Shown here: in pieces, positions 63,753 to 64,000 of the stretch | Layout of the letters: every line of letters starts with the position of its first letter | Numbering within the stretch: position 1 is the first letter of the stretch | DNA from: Sphaerodactylus townsendi | Lineage: Eukaryota | Direction of reading: 5' to 3' | DNA: 64,000 bases | NCBI RefSeq assembly: GCF_021028975.2 | Contig: NC_059426.1 | Coordinates: forward strand, 143,778,001 to 143,842,000 | Notes under the pieces: generated by a model | The model's database searches: none | What the model saw: the letters and a program-made list of their open reading frames with translations, nothing else | Told to the model about the DNA's origin: nothing | Made by a program: the position numbers and the translations under genes

Positions 63753-64000
63753 ATGAAGAGTAAATGCTACTTTCAGCATATGAAAGCTGAAATTCTCAAC
63801 ATTGCTCATCATCTCTCATTACGAGAAATCCTATACGATGATGCCGTCCAAGATTTCCAGCCATTCGAAAGGTCAAGCTCAGCTGTAAACAAGGAACTTT
63901 TCCAAGCACAAACATCAAGGAATATTTCAAATGTGCAGTTGGGTGCACTGTGGCCATTAAAGACAACCACTCCTAGCTCCAATCTAGCAAGCAGCAAGTT
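63753..64000 (+). CDS. Possible coding start MKSKCYFQHMKAEILNIAHHLSLREILYDD…, open to the window end
   Basis: gccATG at 63753, or acceptor tttcag at 63776 then ATG at 63780; more than 80 codons without a stop in unique sequence. Confidence 0.35.
   Translation, partial: MKSKCYFQHMKAEILNIAHHLSLREILYDDAVQDFQPFERSSSAVNKELFQAQTSRNISNVQLGALWPLKTTTPSSNLASSK

Overview
Vertebrate genomic DNA from a squamate reptile, most likely a gecko. This is inferred from the repeats: abundant MIR/Ther1-derived Squam3-type SINEs, Sauria SINE tails, 5S-derived SINEs, and L2, CR1 and Penelope-like fragments. The window is mostly intronic/intergenic and repeat-rich, with two assembly gaps; nearly all ORFs in the supplied track are spurious. 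A CpG island at about 36.8-37.8 kb looks like a bidirectional promoter. Leftwards (- strand) there is a chain of small, phase-consistent candidate coding exons starting MSRRKRQSFPL. Rightwards (+ strand) there are several probably non-coding exons and an ORF running off the window end. I cannot name either gene. The most striking structured elements are minimal type I hammerhead ribozyme motifs carried by short Penelope-like insertions, one with an intact core at 49429-49471 (-). Also present: hAT and Tc1/mariner MITEs with clear TSDs (including SPIN), a young solo LTR, a TSD-element-TSD-element-TSD duplication, long hairpins and several enhancer-like blocks. Family names come from recalled consensus features, not database searches.
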